DNA from: Sphyrna mokarran
Lineage: Eukaryota
Direction: 5' to 3'
Assembly: GCA_024679065.1 (NCBI GenBank)
Contig: JAGIQG010000043.1
Location: 1,302,001 to 1,366,000, forward strand
DNA: 64,000 nucleotides
A program made the position numbers and the translations under genes. The notes under the pieces are model-generated. The model searched no databases, was not told where the DNA came from, and saw only the letters and a list, made by a program, of their open reading frames with translations. Of the stretch, positions 11,771-24,826 are shown in pieces. Position 1 is the first letter of the stretch. The number at the start of each line of letters is the position of its first letter.

Positions 11771-12476
11771 GGAGCTGTGAAGCAGCAGTGTTCCATGCCG
11801 CCCGCGATGGATGATGTTACTGGCTAATTCATTCTTCCATAGATGCCATTTATTTTGAAATTGGGATAGAGAACAGTGGAAGCGGGTTAAATAAACACTT
11901 TGAAAGGAAATTGGATAACTGCTTGTTGGAAAGAACATTGATGAGCATTATGAAGAAAGCTGAGGCGAAGTTTGAACTAAATAGGATGTTATCGCCTTTC
12001 AGACTTATTGCTAGAAGATTAGTCCATGAACTCAGCAAATGTTCTGAGGATTGTGTTCCAGTCCAACCCCACCACAGGGCGGAACATATATTCAGTGAAA
12101 AATTTTTGGAATTAAGTATCCACTGATGAACAAGAAACCATTGTTAGAAAAAAAAAACACGTGAGCGACACTATTGCAAAGTAAATGTGCCATTCTTATC
12201 TAGTGTGGCCTACATTCTTATCTAGTGGGCGGCAGACTGCGCAAAGTCAGCAATACCCACGTCCCATGGATGAATACAAAGTGGATTGCTCTTTCAATGA
12301 TCCAACAGGGATTCATTGGGCCGAATAGTTTCCATCTAAACAGTAGCATTCTACGGTTTTATGTAACACTTTTGAGATTTGGTGTCATCCTATATATTTA
12401 TGGCCGGAGACCTGCTACTGCACTTTAGGGGATCTATTGCTCCCTTTGATCATTCTATAATTTGTGAATGTTTCAG

Positions 12477-12515
12477 AGTGGACCTAACGACGCCTTCCTG
12501 GATTTGGCCGCCTAG
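12477..12515 (+). CDS. Gene A putative terminal coding exon (SGPNDAFLDLAA*)
   Basis: tttcag acceptor; exon and 3' UTR conserved with 38440-38850 (-); reading frame assumes direct splicing from 10268. Confidence 0.5.
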   Translation, partial: SGPNDAFLDLAA

Positions 12516-12931
12516 GAAAAGAGGTCAAAAAAGAAGGCGGGTCGAAAGTAAGAATCCAAACCATGAATTATGGAGGGTGGCAGAATTTCCTGAAAATCCC
12601 CCAGCCTCGTGGAAGTACCCATGGAGTCAACGAGATTCTCTTCAAGCAGTTATACTTTCCCTACGCATCCGCCAAGCATTGGCTCCAGCGTTCAATGTCA
12701 ATTATTGGAAAATAAATTTACAATATTTCACTGGAATGTTGTTCTTCAGCTGTAGACGAAATTTCGAGGAATGTTCAGAGACTTTCCTGAGTCTCTCTGG
12801 AGATTTTCTGCTGATCGTATTGCTCAAATTACTCACATGAGATGTACCACTTTTCTTTGTAAATGTCAACACGCGAATACCAATTAATGATTCTATCTTT
12901 ATAACGTTGACTTGTTTTGACCTTGATTAAC

Positions 12932-12937
12932 AATAAA
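12932..12937 (+). terminator. Putative poly(A) signal of gene A
   Basis: AATAAA in ttgattaacAATAAActta, conserved in the paralogue at 38445-38450 (-). Confidence 0.55.
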
Positions 12938-13742
12938 CTTAAAACTAAATGTAATCGTTATGATGCTGCAATTTCCGTTGAACTGACACTATCATTGCAG
13001 AATTCAGATGTTTGTCAAGGCTTCAGGTGTGACAGGTTTGATGATTTGTCGAATTGGAATTCAATGAGAGATGGTCCCAGATTGCAGTGCATGGAATTTC
13101 CAATGTTTTCATCATAGTTTTGTAATATGTGAATTCGTGTTTGTATTTAACTTAAACCCATACATTTCAAAGCAACAGGATAAATACAATGTTACGGAAG
13201 AAGTAATGAATTTCGATTTGTGCTCTGCAGCATTTGGATCTTCTTATCAATCCTTCTCATTTCCTCACCAGCTCTGTCCTCACTTATAGAAAGTATTATT
13301 TTCGTGAGACTATTAATGCAGAAACTCACATGCCACAAACTCAGTCGTCTTGCATGATCGGGCGTTTAAAGAGTTCATCTCAATGCTTCTTAAATGTTGT
13401 GAGTGCTCCGACCTTTACCACCATCTCAGGCAATGGCTTTCACATTTCTATTATCCTCTGAGTGGAAACTTTTTTTTTTCATTTCATCTGCTGTAAACCT
13501 CGTGTTCGTTAGCTTAAGTCAATGCCACAGGCTGGGTATTGATCACTCTGCTCTGGTAAAAAAAAAAGTTCCTTCCTATCAATCCTATCTATGCCGCTCA
13601 TTTTTTTAAAAAACATCAATCAGTCCCTCCCTCAACTTTCTCTGCTCGAAGGTAAATGGCCCTAGCCAATCCAGCCCTCAGCTGAAACAGTGCAGGAATG
13701 TACAATAACTCCCCCGTTTAGGCGAGCTCAGTGATTGTATAT

Positions 13743-15128
13743 CATAGAACATAGAACATTACAGCACAGAACAGGCCCCTCGGCCTTCGATGTTGCGCCG
13801 ACCAATATAAAAAGCAATGCCCCTCCAAACTAAACCATTCCCTTCTCTTCATATACTTATCAACTAACCTCTTAAACGCCACCAAACTTGGCGCATCTAC
13901 AACTGCTGCAGGCAGGGCATTCCACTCCCGAACCACCCTTGGGTAAAGAACCTACCTCTGACATCCGTCCTATAACTATCACCCCTTAATTTAAAGCTGT
14001 GTCCCCTCGTGCTAGCTTTTTCCATCCTAGGAAAAAAGGCTATCACTGTCCACCCTATCTAAACCTCTAATCATCTTATATGTTTCGATCAGGTCCCCTC
14101 TTAGCCTCCTCCTTTCTACGAAAACAACCTCAAATCCCTCAGCCTCTCCTCATAAGACCTGCCCTCCATACCAGGCAACATCCTGGTAAACCTCCTCTGT
14201 ACCCTCTCCAATGCCTCCACATCTTTCTTATAATGCGGGGACCAGAACTGCACACAATACTCCACGTGCGGCCGCACTAGAGTTTTGTACAGTTGCAACA
14301 TGACGTTGCGGCTCCGAAATTCAATCCCTCTACCAATAAAAGCCAAGACTCCATATGCCTTCCTAACAACCTTCTCGACCTGACTGCCTACTTTCAGGAT
14401 CTATGCACATACACACCAAGATCCCTCTGTTCATCTAGACTACTAAGAATCCTACCATTTGCCCTATACGCTACACATTTATTATTTCTGCCATAGTGCA
14501 TTACCTCACACTTTTCCACATTAAACTCCATTTGCCCCCTCTCGGCCCAGCTCTGCAACTTGTCCAAGTCCCTCTGCAAACTATAACACCCCTCTTCACT
14601 ATCTACAACTCCACCGACTTTAGTGTCATCTGCAAATTTACTAATCCATCCTTCAATACCCTCATCCATATCATTTATAAAAATTACAAACAGCAGGGGC
14701 CCCAAAACAGACCCCTGAGGTACACCACTTGTCACCGAACTCCAAGATGAATATCTCCCATCAACCACCACCCTCTGTCTTCTATCTGCTAGCCAATTCC
14801 TAACCCACTTAGCTAAATCACCCTCTATCCCATACATCTGCATTTTCTGCAGAAGTCTTCCATGGGCCACCTTATCAAACGCCTTACTAAAGTCCATATA
14901 TACCACATCAACCGCCTTACCCTCATCCACCTCCTTAGTCACTTTTTCAAAAAACTCAATGAGGTTAGTAACGCACGACCTACCCTTCACAAAACCATGC
15001 TGACTATCTCCAATCAATTCATTTCTCTCTAAATAACTATAAATCCTATCCCTAATTATTCTCTCCAACACTTTGCCCACCACAGAAGTAAGACTCACTG
15101 GCCTATAATTCCCTGGAAGGTCTCTCTT
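13743..15128 (-). mobile_element. CR1 family 1, RT and 3' tail
   Basis: ORFs 14394-15155 (NYRPVSLTS, GVPQGSVLGP, KFADD) and 14116-14346. Confidence 0.95.
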
Positions 15129-15399
15129 CAATTTTGAATTATTTATGTTGACCATTTGTGAATGAAAACGATATTAAAATGATGCTGACATAGGTTGATT
15201 GAACACATTTGGACTGAAGCAAAGTAAAACCAGTTGTGAGCAAATCCATATTGTAAGTTTGGCATCTGTGCTTTGAAAAAGCAGGAAAAGTTAATATTGA
15301 CTGAAAAGTAACTCAATCCCCACCCAGATGTGATATCTCAATATTATCCTCTTGGTGACTTTAGGTCACTTGGACAAATTCCTTAGTAATGAAGGCAAG

Positions 15400-17100
15400 G
15401 CAGCCCACTTTCTTCACATAGCTGGAACTCCTCCTGTTGAACGCTGTTGAAAATCTGGAAACTGTTTTTTGTTGGGTGTCTGAGTGATAGTTACCGCACC
15501 AAGCCGGGTAGCTGAAGTGAAAACATAGATCAGGCACTATGTGAATGTAAGAGGGAACAGGATTGAGGCGCTGAATATGTCCCTCCACTTCGATGTTTGT
15601 GATCACACTCAACCATTCTGTAATTGCTTGTTCGGCCAACAATGAAATACAGAACTATTTTCCTGACTCAGCTATGCTGGTCAGAAATCACAATGTTTAT
15701 TTATTTGTTTTGTTTAATTTTCGCATTAACTTGCATAGATTGCAATTCAAGTTAGCTTTCTGTCCATTCTGGAAATCAATGATTTACTGTGACTGTTCTG
15801 GCGCCACCACCAGGAAGAGAGATTGAATAGATTGGTCTGTACTCGTTAGCATTTAGAAGGCTGAAAGGGATCTTATGGGCACATATAAGATAATGAAGGG
15901 GCTAGATAGGGTAGAAGCAGAGAGATTCTTCCCACTTAGAAAGGAAACCAGGACTAGAGGGCACAGCTTCAAAATAAGGGTGGAAGGAGGGGCAGTTTAG
16001 ACCGAAGCTGAGGGAAAATGTCTTCACTCTAGGGTGGTAATTCTCTGGAATTCTCTACTCATTGAAGTAGTAGAGGCTACCTCATTGAATATATTACAGC
16101 TTGGTAGATTTCTGACAGGCAAGGGAATGAAGGGTTATGGGGAGAAAGCAGGAAAGTGGAACTGATTCATTTCAGATCAGACATGATCTTATTGAATGGT
16201 GGGGCAGTCTCGAAAGGCTATATGGCCTTCTGCTGCTCCTATTTATTCTGTTCTTATGCCACATTCCGGCCAGACCAGATATAGAGAGTCGCTTATCTTC
16301 CAGAAAAGAGATCAGTAATTGATTACATTGATCATGGTTGTCATGGGTCAGACGGGATGTTAATCCAAATAATTTAATTTAAATTTCTCCATCTGCCCTG
16401 ATGTATTTGGAATTCTTCTTCCTAAGTAACCATTGACTCTTTTCACACAAATGAATGTGTCTGATTGACCATGTATCTCGGGTGTGAGGCCACTGCACAG
16501 TTCCTTGCTCAGGGTTTATATTGGTAAGTCTTTGTACAGCTGTCCTCTCTCCTCGTGGCTAGCAGTTAAGACAAGAAGTGCATCCACCTTGCCGCCCTCA
16601 ATGTGGCTGACCTGTCCAAAACTGATTATGGTTGTATGTAAATTAAAACAAGAAGAAAAAGAAATACAAACGTTATTATATTGGTGGCAGTGGAATCATT
16701 GTCAGCCCAGAGGGGCAGAATGTCCAAGTGGATAGATTGGTGACTGTTTCCCGTGAACGATTCTGATCAGCTGCAAATGATTCTTTCTTTCACCATGAAA
16801 TTATTTTTCTGTCAGAAGTGAGCATTGACTAAATTTTCTACTTAATACCTCAGTGGCTCTACCGCTCCAAATGCGCTACTCAAATGGATGACCGATTAAG
16901 ACACAGACCTGCAAAGAGATGTTGCAACGTACAGGGTGATAGAAAGTTGCTGGACTGCGGTAGCACAAGGAACCGGAAGAAATGTTGAACATGCACGTTT
17001 TGCAGACACAGCGTGCTGCGGTGTAAACTGCGCCCTAAAAATATTAGTGCAGGGTGAATTGTGGTTCAGAGTTTCCTGTTTATAGATGAAGAGGCCGCGC
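15400..17100 (-). pseudogene. Decayed multi-exon gene remnant, copy 1 (Cys-rich exon; possibly TNFR-superfamily-like)
   Basis: Homologous to 36330-37480; acceptor before 16611 then GGCTSCLNC*P; split by a CR1 at 15825-16258. Confidence 0.3.
15825..16258 (+). mobile_element. Older CR1 3' fragment
   Basis: Degenerate end of ORF2 and tail; absent from the paralogous segment. Confidence 0.75.
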
Positions 17101-18099
17101 ACAGCTCAGTCTGCAATGAGAAACATCTTCTACTTAGTGCTAAGCACGCGTTAAGACTGATCTAACTGTGTCGAGCAGATAATATGGCTGAATTCTGCAA
17201 CATGGCTGTTTGTGAAATTCGAATTGGCACAGCAGATAGCAAAATATTACATTGTATTCATCCCAAACACCTCACCATATTCTGTTTTCTGCAAAGAAGT
17301 AACGAATGAAAAAGTATTCAAAAGGATGCAATTGTTTTCATGGCGGTTTCGCCCATGTACAATTCTCCCTATCTCCTTGGATCATAATCCCATCTTTCGA
17401 TTAGCGGGCTATCTACTGCGGGCTGGTGGTTATAGTTCACACGAACTTCCTCCCACATCAATACAATCGCCGACATCCCCAAACACACATCCCACAACTA
17501 CCAACGACACATTATTTAATTCCTTCCTCTTTCCTCAGTTTATTCAGTTTCACAATGAAATGTATGCCTGTAGATCGGATGATTGTGGGGACTATTTATA
17601 TATGTTCTCTATCTAATGAGCAAAGACTTTCCTCGTGAACTGTCTTCGTCTACCCTGATGATTTATTTCATAACTTTACCTTGCCTATCCTCCACGCTTT
17701 TACCCTTGTATTCCCCAGAGGACAGACGGCTGGTTATCCAATGCTTGTTCTGGTGCACATAAATAGCGAATTGGAGCCGTCCATGTTCAGACCCAAGCAA
17801 ACATTTGCAGCGTTGTTGTTCATTAAATCGCGGTTTCAGACATCCGGAATCATACAGATATCTAAACAGGCGTGGAATGTCTTGAAATCACGTTCAATGC
17901 CCGCATAATCCAAGCGTAAAAAATGAGGCAATATTGTCGACAATATATTCATGCATTATTAATATTTTTCCCCTGAGGAGTAAGATATACCAGAGAATCG
18001 CGTAAGAATGTTTTCAATGTCTGCAAAACCCGATGTCCAGATACAAAATCTCTCAGTAACAAATAGGAAGAAGATTAAGTCTATCACTCCAGTGGACAT

Positions 18100-18355
18100 T
18101 AGAACATAGAACATTACAGCGCAGTCTATGCCCTTCGGCCCTTGATGTTGTGCCGACCGGTGAAACCAATCCAATGACCCTCCCCGCTAAACTATTCTAA
18201 TGTGATCAATATGCCAATCCGCTGTCCATTTGAACGACCTTAAAGTTGGCGAGTCCACAACTGCTGAAAACAAGGCATTCCACGCTCTTACTACCCTCTG
18301 AGTAAGGAACCTACTTCTGACATCTATCCTATAATTAGCAGCCCTCAATTTAAAG
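18100..18355 (-). mobile_element. CR1 3' fragment
   Basis: agaacatagaacattacagc tail, similar to the insert at 10908. Confidence 0.75.
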
Positions 18356-19628
18356 TGTTTCAAACATTAAGTGTTTCTTTCTATTTGGTCTCAGTTTGAA
18401 TCGATGATTCAGTTGCACTGCAGAACGCGTGGGAGGTTTTCCAACCCTAGGGAATGTTGCAGGGGATAAGAATAGTGGTTAAGTGAAAAGATGCAACTGA
18501 TGAATCGAGGAAGGTGTTCAAATGGGAGCAAATCATTGACTGTTGATCACATGGATGCCTATATTTTCAACAATGCAGAGTGAAATGAGCAAAAAAAAAC
18601 ATGGAGAACGGGGAAGGATCTTTCGGGTGTAGAGAATATGTGTTTATTACTGTGACTTTCGAAGATTAAGGAACAATCTGATTTTCCTTAAATAGCAGAA
18701 TAATATAATTAGGATTGACAGAGAGTAACAATTTCCTCTGGGAATGGTGCGAATATCCAGAAGAGAAGCTTCAAAATTGTGTGTAGTTAGCCTAAATTCA
18801 AGGTATTATATTTGTTTTGGGCATTATAATGATCGTAAGATGTTTCATTCTCAGCATGATTTAATTGACCCACTCGGAACCTTTAATCAAACAAAGTTTA
18901 TTTAAGAAAAGAAGTGAGAAATATAACAAACAGAAGTCGCTTAACTTTCACCAATTATAAGATTTAAATATCATACCGTATACTATTAACAGCGATCTAT
19001 ATCTGTTGCTCCAATTTAAAGATTTCTTCTATGTAACCTTCCTCAGAATTGTTTAACACAAAAACACGTTACCTCACGCGATACTAGATTTCCAGCCATT
19101 AATACCAATCAATAGAAATCCAAACAACAGTTTTCAGAGAAGTATATATACACAAGACAGCAAAATAATTACATAAATCTAGTTTCATCAGCTTTGAGAT
19201 TTCAGATCTTCGGGATTAAGAGAATAACTCTCTCTCTCTTTCTCTTCCTCTCTGCAGCTTCCAGAACAGCAACACTCAGAAAGCAGAATCTATAACACCA
19301 GAGAAGGGTCAGAACTGATGGTTCTATCTCAAGTCCAAACATTTAAATAGCAATGAAATTGGAATTTTCTGTGAAAGATCCGTTGTTCACGATCATATGA
19401 CCTGAGCCGCACTGACCAAGTTGCTCTGCAAGCCCAAGGGAACACACACAAGAAAACAGATTGCTACATTAGTTCAGATTGAAAAAAAGGCATAATAACA
19501 AGTTTGATGTCTCAATAACAATGGAAGATGCCGTTGCAGACAAAAGTTCGCATAAGATGCCAAGGACTGCGAGAGACATCCTGTAGATCAACATGATTAA
19601 AACACAGTTTAATCATGTTTTGACTCAG

Positions 19629-21988
19629 TTTTTTGACTCAGTATGTAGAGAGGCCAACTAGAGGTGAGGCTACATTGGATTTGGTGCTGGGCAATGAGCC
19701 AGACCAGGTGTTAGGCTTGGAAGTTAGTGAACATTTTGGTGATAGTGACCACAATTCGGTTACGTTCACCTTAGTGATGGACATGGATAGGCATGAAGCT
19801 GGGGGCTGTAGTTATAGCTGGGGGAAGGGTAATTATGAGGCCATCAGGAGAGAATTAGGGTGCATAGATTGGACTAGGGAACTACAGGGACTGGGAACAT
19901 CTGGAATGTGGTGCTTATTCAAGTAGCAGCTGCTGCGAGTCCTTGATAAGTATGTCCCTGTCAGGCAGGGAGGAAATGGTCGAGTAAGAGAGCCTTGGTG
20001 TACGAAAAAGTTGATTTGCTGGTTAAGAAGAAAAAGGAGGCTTATGTCAGGATGAGGCTTGAAGGCTCAGGTAGTGCAATGGATAGCTATAGATTAGCTA
20101 GGAAGGAGGTAAAAAGTGAATTGAGGAGAGCTAAGATGGGACACGAGAAGATGTTGGCTGATAGGATTAAGGAGAATCCTAAAGCTTTCTTTCGATATGT
20201 TAAGAATAGAAGATTGGTTAGGGCAAGATTAGGGCCAGTCATAGACAGCAGTGGGAGGTTGTGCGTGGAGCCTGAGGAGATTGGAGAGGTACTGAATAAA
20301 TATTTCTCTTCGGTATTCACGCAGGGTGATGTAAATGTAGTTATGGAGAACACTGAGGTACAGGGTTGCAAACTGGAAAGTATTGAAGTAGATAGGGAGG
20401 ATGTGCTAGATATTCTTGAGGGTTTGCAGTTGGATAAGTCCCCTGGGCCGGACAGGATTTACCCTAGGATTCTCTGGGAGGCAAGAGAGGAGATTGCAGA
20501 GCCTCTGGCTCTGATCTTCAGGTCCTCGTTAGTTACGGGTGTGGTTCCGGAGGACTGGAGGATGGCGAATGTGGTCCCATTGTTTAAGAAGGGGAAGAGA
20601 GACCTTCCTGGGAATTATAGTCCAGTGAGTCTTACTTCTGTGGTGGGCAAGGTATTGGAGAGAATTATTAGGGATAGGATTTATAGTTATTTGGAGAGAA
20701 ATGAATTGATTGGGGATAGTCAGCATGTTTTCGTGAAGGGTAGGTCATGCCTTACTAACCTCATTGAGTTTTTTGAGAAAGGGACCAGAGAGGTGGATGG
20801 GGGTAAGGCGGTTGATGTAGTATATATGGACTTTAGTAAGGCGTTTGATAAGGTGGCCCATGGAAGACTTCTACAGAAAATGCCGATGTGTGGAATAGAG
20901 GGTGATTTAGCTAATTGGATTAGAAATTGGCTGGCAGATAGAAGACAGAGGGTGGTGGTTGATGGGAGATTTTCTTCGTGGAGTTCGGTGACGAGTTGTG
21001 TGCCTCAGGGGTCTGTTTTGGGGCCCCTGCTGTTTGTAATTTTTATAAATGATCTGGATGAGCTTATTGAGGGATGGATCAGTAAATTTGCAGATGATAC
21101 TAAAGTTGGTGGAGTGGTAGATAGTGAAGAGGGTTGTTTTAGTTTACAGAGTGACTTGGACAAGTTGCAGAGCTGGGCCGAGAGGTGGCAAATGGAGTTT
21201 AATGTGAAAAAGTGTGAGGTAATGCACTTTGGCAGGAACAATAAATGTGTAGAGTATAGGGCTAATGGTAGGGCTATTAATAGTGTTGAGGAACAGAAGG
21301 ATCTTGGTGTATGTGTCAATAGATCCCTGAAAGTAGGCAGTCAAGTGGATAAAGTTGTTAAGAAGGCATATGGAGTCTTAGCTTTTATTGGTAGGGGGAT
21401 TGAATTTAGGAGCCGCAGCATCATGTTGCAACTGTACAAAACTCTAGTGCGGCCGCACTTGGAGTATTGTGTGCATTTCTGGTCCCCACATTATAAGAAA
21501 GATGTGGAGGCATTGGAGAGGGTACAGAGGAGGTTTACCAGGATGTTGCCTGGTATGGAGGGCAGGTCCTATGAAGAGAGGTTTAAGGATTTGAGGTTGT
21601 TTTCGTTAGAAAGGAGGCGGCTAAGAGGGGATCTTATTGAAGCATATAAGATGATTAGAGGTTTAGATAGGGTGGACAGTGCTAGCCTTTTTCCTAGGAT
21701 GGAGAAAGCTAGCACGAGGGGACACAGCTTTAACTTAAGGGGTATGAGTTATAGGACGGATATCAGAGGTAGGTTCTTTACTCAAAGAGTGATTAGGGAG
21801 TGGAATGCCCTGCCTGCAGCTGTTGTAGATGCGCCAAGTTTGGTGGCGTTTAAGAGGTTAATTGATAAGTATATGGAAAAGAAGGGAATGGTTTAGTTTG
21901 GAGGGGCATTGCTTTTTATTTTGGTCGGCACAACATCGAAGGCCGAAGGGCCTGTTCTGTGCTGTATTGTTCTATGTTCTATGTTCTA
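19629..21988 (+). mobile_element. CR1 family 1, most of ORF2 (endonuclease C-terminus plus a 633-aa RT ORF)
   Basis: LDLVLGN and SDHNSV endonuclease motifs; RT motifs; (GTTCTAT)n tail. Confidence 0.95.
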
Positions 21989-23787
21989 CATTAGTTCGAG
22001 GCACGGCATCGTCACAGTGGGCTGAGTCAAGAAAATGTGGATGGGTGTAGTGGGGAGTGGCGGCCGGCGGCTGGCATATGATGTTTCTAGATAATGGAAT
22101 CTGTGTATTTGAATGTGACTTATTCACAATTCTTCAAATAAAGAAAACGGGGGATCTGTAATTCATAACTTAGAATAACTGTTGAGACGAGTACTAAAAT
22201 GAACCTGAACAAACAGAAATTCCTAAAAGACAGAAATACTGTCTTTTAGGAACTGGATAGATTTTTAGACGTGAGCTGTGCGGTTCGAGTTAAGATATTG
22301 TTACAAGTTGGTGGAAATTAACTCACTGAAGTGTTGAATGGTCTCCTACTGTTAGCATGCATGGCGGGTGCGGGAGTGGGGGCGTGGGGGGAGGGAAGAA
22401 AAGTAATTGTAAACGCTGATAAAAGAGAAATACGTCTAATGTTCATGCTGTGATAGATAGGATGTGAAACAAAAGTACAAATTCAATCAGCCAACGAATA
22501 CCAGACAGGTTCTTCCTTTGCTGTACATGGGTAAGGTTTTCTGATCCGATTCTGTAAAATCTACTGAGTGATGCTATCCAAAGCGAACATGCATTGGAAA
22601 TATTTTTTTTCTCAACAATAAATGCATCTTTGTTCATTACCACTTTCAAACATGTTCCAGAATGCTCTCACTCTGCATATTTTTTTAATTAATCCAGCGT
22701 GAACCCTCAACGAATTACTCAACTGCCTCATGAGTTATTTACACATTTCCAAGCGCGCACACATTCACTGCAAAAATGCCTTTGTTAATTCGCTGAAAAG
22801 CTACCGGCACCGCATTTGGGCTGAACCGATACAGGATCTGGAATAATGAGCTTACATTGGTGTTCAAAATCTGTTTCAATATATTGGTAACTTGGATACA
22901 GATACATTTTGAATTGTTCATTGCATATTTACTGCAGACAATACAGAATGGAATTCAAAATAAATGAGGAATTAGATGAGTGAAGAGGTGAAATTGCATT
23001 GCAGGCGATATTCCATTGTAGAATGGCGGGCATTATTGGAAGAGTGTGTTTTCCCCTTTGGGCGCCATCACAGCATTGATCCGCCAATCCGGGTAGACCT
23101 TCAAAAATTACTGTGCAACAAAAGGAATGTTTCTATACTAGATATACAGGAAATACACACTTCTCTCTGTCTCGTTCTCTTTTGTTCGTCTCAAGTTAGC
23201 TTGTTGGATCCCCACTGGAGACCAGACAAGCACAGCCTGTGGGTGAAAAATGATCCGTCAAAGTAATCCACACCATCATTACAGGGATAGGTGAGGCCAT
23301 TGAGCCCCTCAATCTATTCAACTGGATTCGGGCTGAAATGTATCTTAGCTCGTACACTACCACCATTTTTAAATATTCTTTAATATTCTCCTGAATATAA
23401 AACTATCCATCTCAGTTTTGCAATTCCCAATTGTTAACTAGCCTGATCAGCCTTTGTTCTATCTGGGGAACGTTTTCCAAAATTTGACACCAATTATGTG
23501 AAAAATCGACTTTCTAAGTGGACACGGTGTCTCCTAAGTTAACATTCTGCTTCCTTGGCCGGACATCCCCGGATCTCCCCGCTCCCCACTGCTTCCTACA
23601 GCACCGAGCCACGGCTCTATCCTCCAGTGCCACCAACGCCATTAAAGAAAAATTCACGAATTTCCTGGTGGCGGTGTGGTGTAAATGATAGGAAACCAGG
23701 TTGACACAAAATTCAACAACGGGCTGCACCCCTTTGCTGTGGAGGTAGGGAAAATAACCTGCATTATGGAAAATAAAACATACCTTT

Positions 23788-23843
23788 TTATTCTGTACAT
23801 GTGAGGCCTGTACATGTCAAGGCCTCATCACTTCTTGCATGGC
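23788..23843 (-). CDS. Gene B cytoplasmic exon 5 (GHARSDEALTCTGLTCTE*); stop caused by an internal duplication
   Basis: ttctttttcttctaaacag acceptor, AAG/GTATGT donor at 23783, TAA at 23790-23788. Confidence 0.65.
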
Positions 23844-23975
23844 CTGTTTAGAAGAAAAAGAAAATCGGGCTAAATTGCCATATATCATACATTTCATCCA
23901 CAGGATCAATAATTCAGAAGTAAATGGGAGGATTGAGGATGCCACGTGGTTGGAGAGTCTCCGAACAATCCTTAC

Positions 23976-24095
23976 CTCTCTTCCGAGTCCTGCAGCTCCA
24001 TCTCCCAGTCACACAGACCAATCCCAGAAGGAGTAGCGCCACGGACAACACCCACCTTGAAAGTGAAACAATGCATAGCGTTGTTACCGGAAAAT
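23976..24095 (-). CDS. Gene B exon 4, stalk and transmembrane (DFPVTTLCIVSLSRWVLSVALLLLGLVCVTGRWSCRTRKR)
   Basis: Long poly-T plus cag acceptor, 120 nt phase 1-1, GTAAGG donor, basic stop-transfer residues. Confidence 0.85.
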
Positions 24096-24826
24096 CTGAA
24101 AAAGAAAAAAAAAATAACTTTCAACTCCAGTTACAATTTTGGAAAACATAGATAAGTGATCACTTTGACCAAAAGTGCCTGTCTATTTCCCGAAAATGAT
24201 CATGTGCCGTCATGTGATGGAGCAGAGACGTTGCTGAACATTTTTTTTTCAATAGGAAACAGGGGAGAGAGAACGAGAGAGACTGATTGCGACTGAGAGA
24301 GAGCCAAAGTCGAAAGGTCATCGTTCAGTGAGAGAGGAAGTGACAGATACATTTGAAAGGAGTAATTCTGAGATAAAAGAGAGCGATAGAGCAGACACAT
24401 TAGACAGAATTCTTTCAGTTGGACATACATAACTGGTCAGATATAAGGGACACGTTAAGGAAACATATATAAAAACAGAGCACCCGACGTTAGAATGTTT
24501 TGAGACAAATAGCTGGCTATTTAAACGGAGCACCGTTAAACTGGACGAATCAGGCAAGAGTGAGAAAATTACATATATCAATAATTAGAGTCCGAAAAAA
24601 AAAAATATAGATGGTGACAGTGAGATAAGAGAGAACGTGGTTGACACATAACTGCTCTACGCCAACTAGGGATAGACATTGAATGCTGGAGATACATCAA
24701 CGTCCATGTTCCAGGAATGAATAAAGAAGAAAATCGGGACCGGAGTTGAAAGGAGGGAAAGGAAAAGGCGGGTGGATTGAGGAGAGATAGAGTGTTTAAT
24801 ACTGAGCGACACAGGGAGAACAGAGA

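Noticed and set aside
19995-21896. Long ORFs (633, 559, 314, 309 aa) as host genes
   Set aside because: All are CR1 ORF2; their antisense ORFs are shadows repeated in each copy
22780-23235. Further gene B cytoplasmic exons
   Set aside because: Several possible acceptors but implausibly short introns or inconsistent phases; cannot be fixed without cDNA
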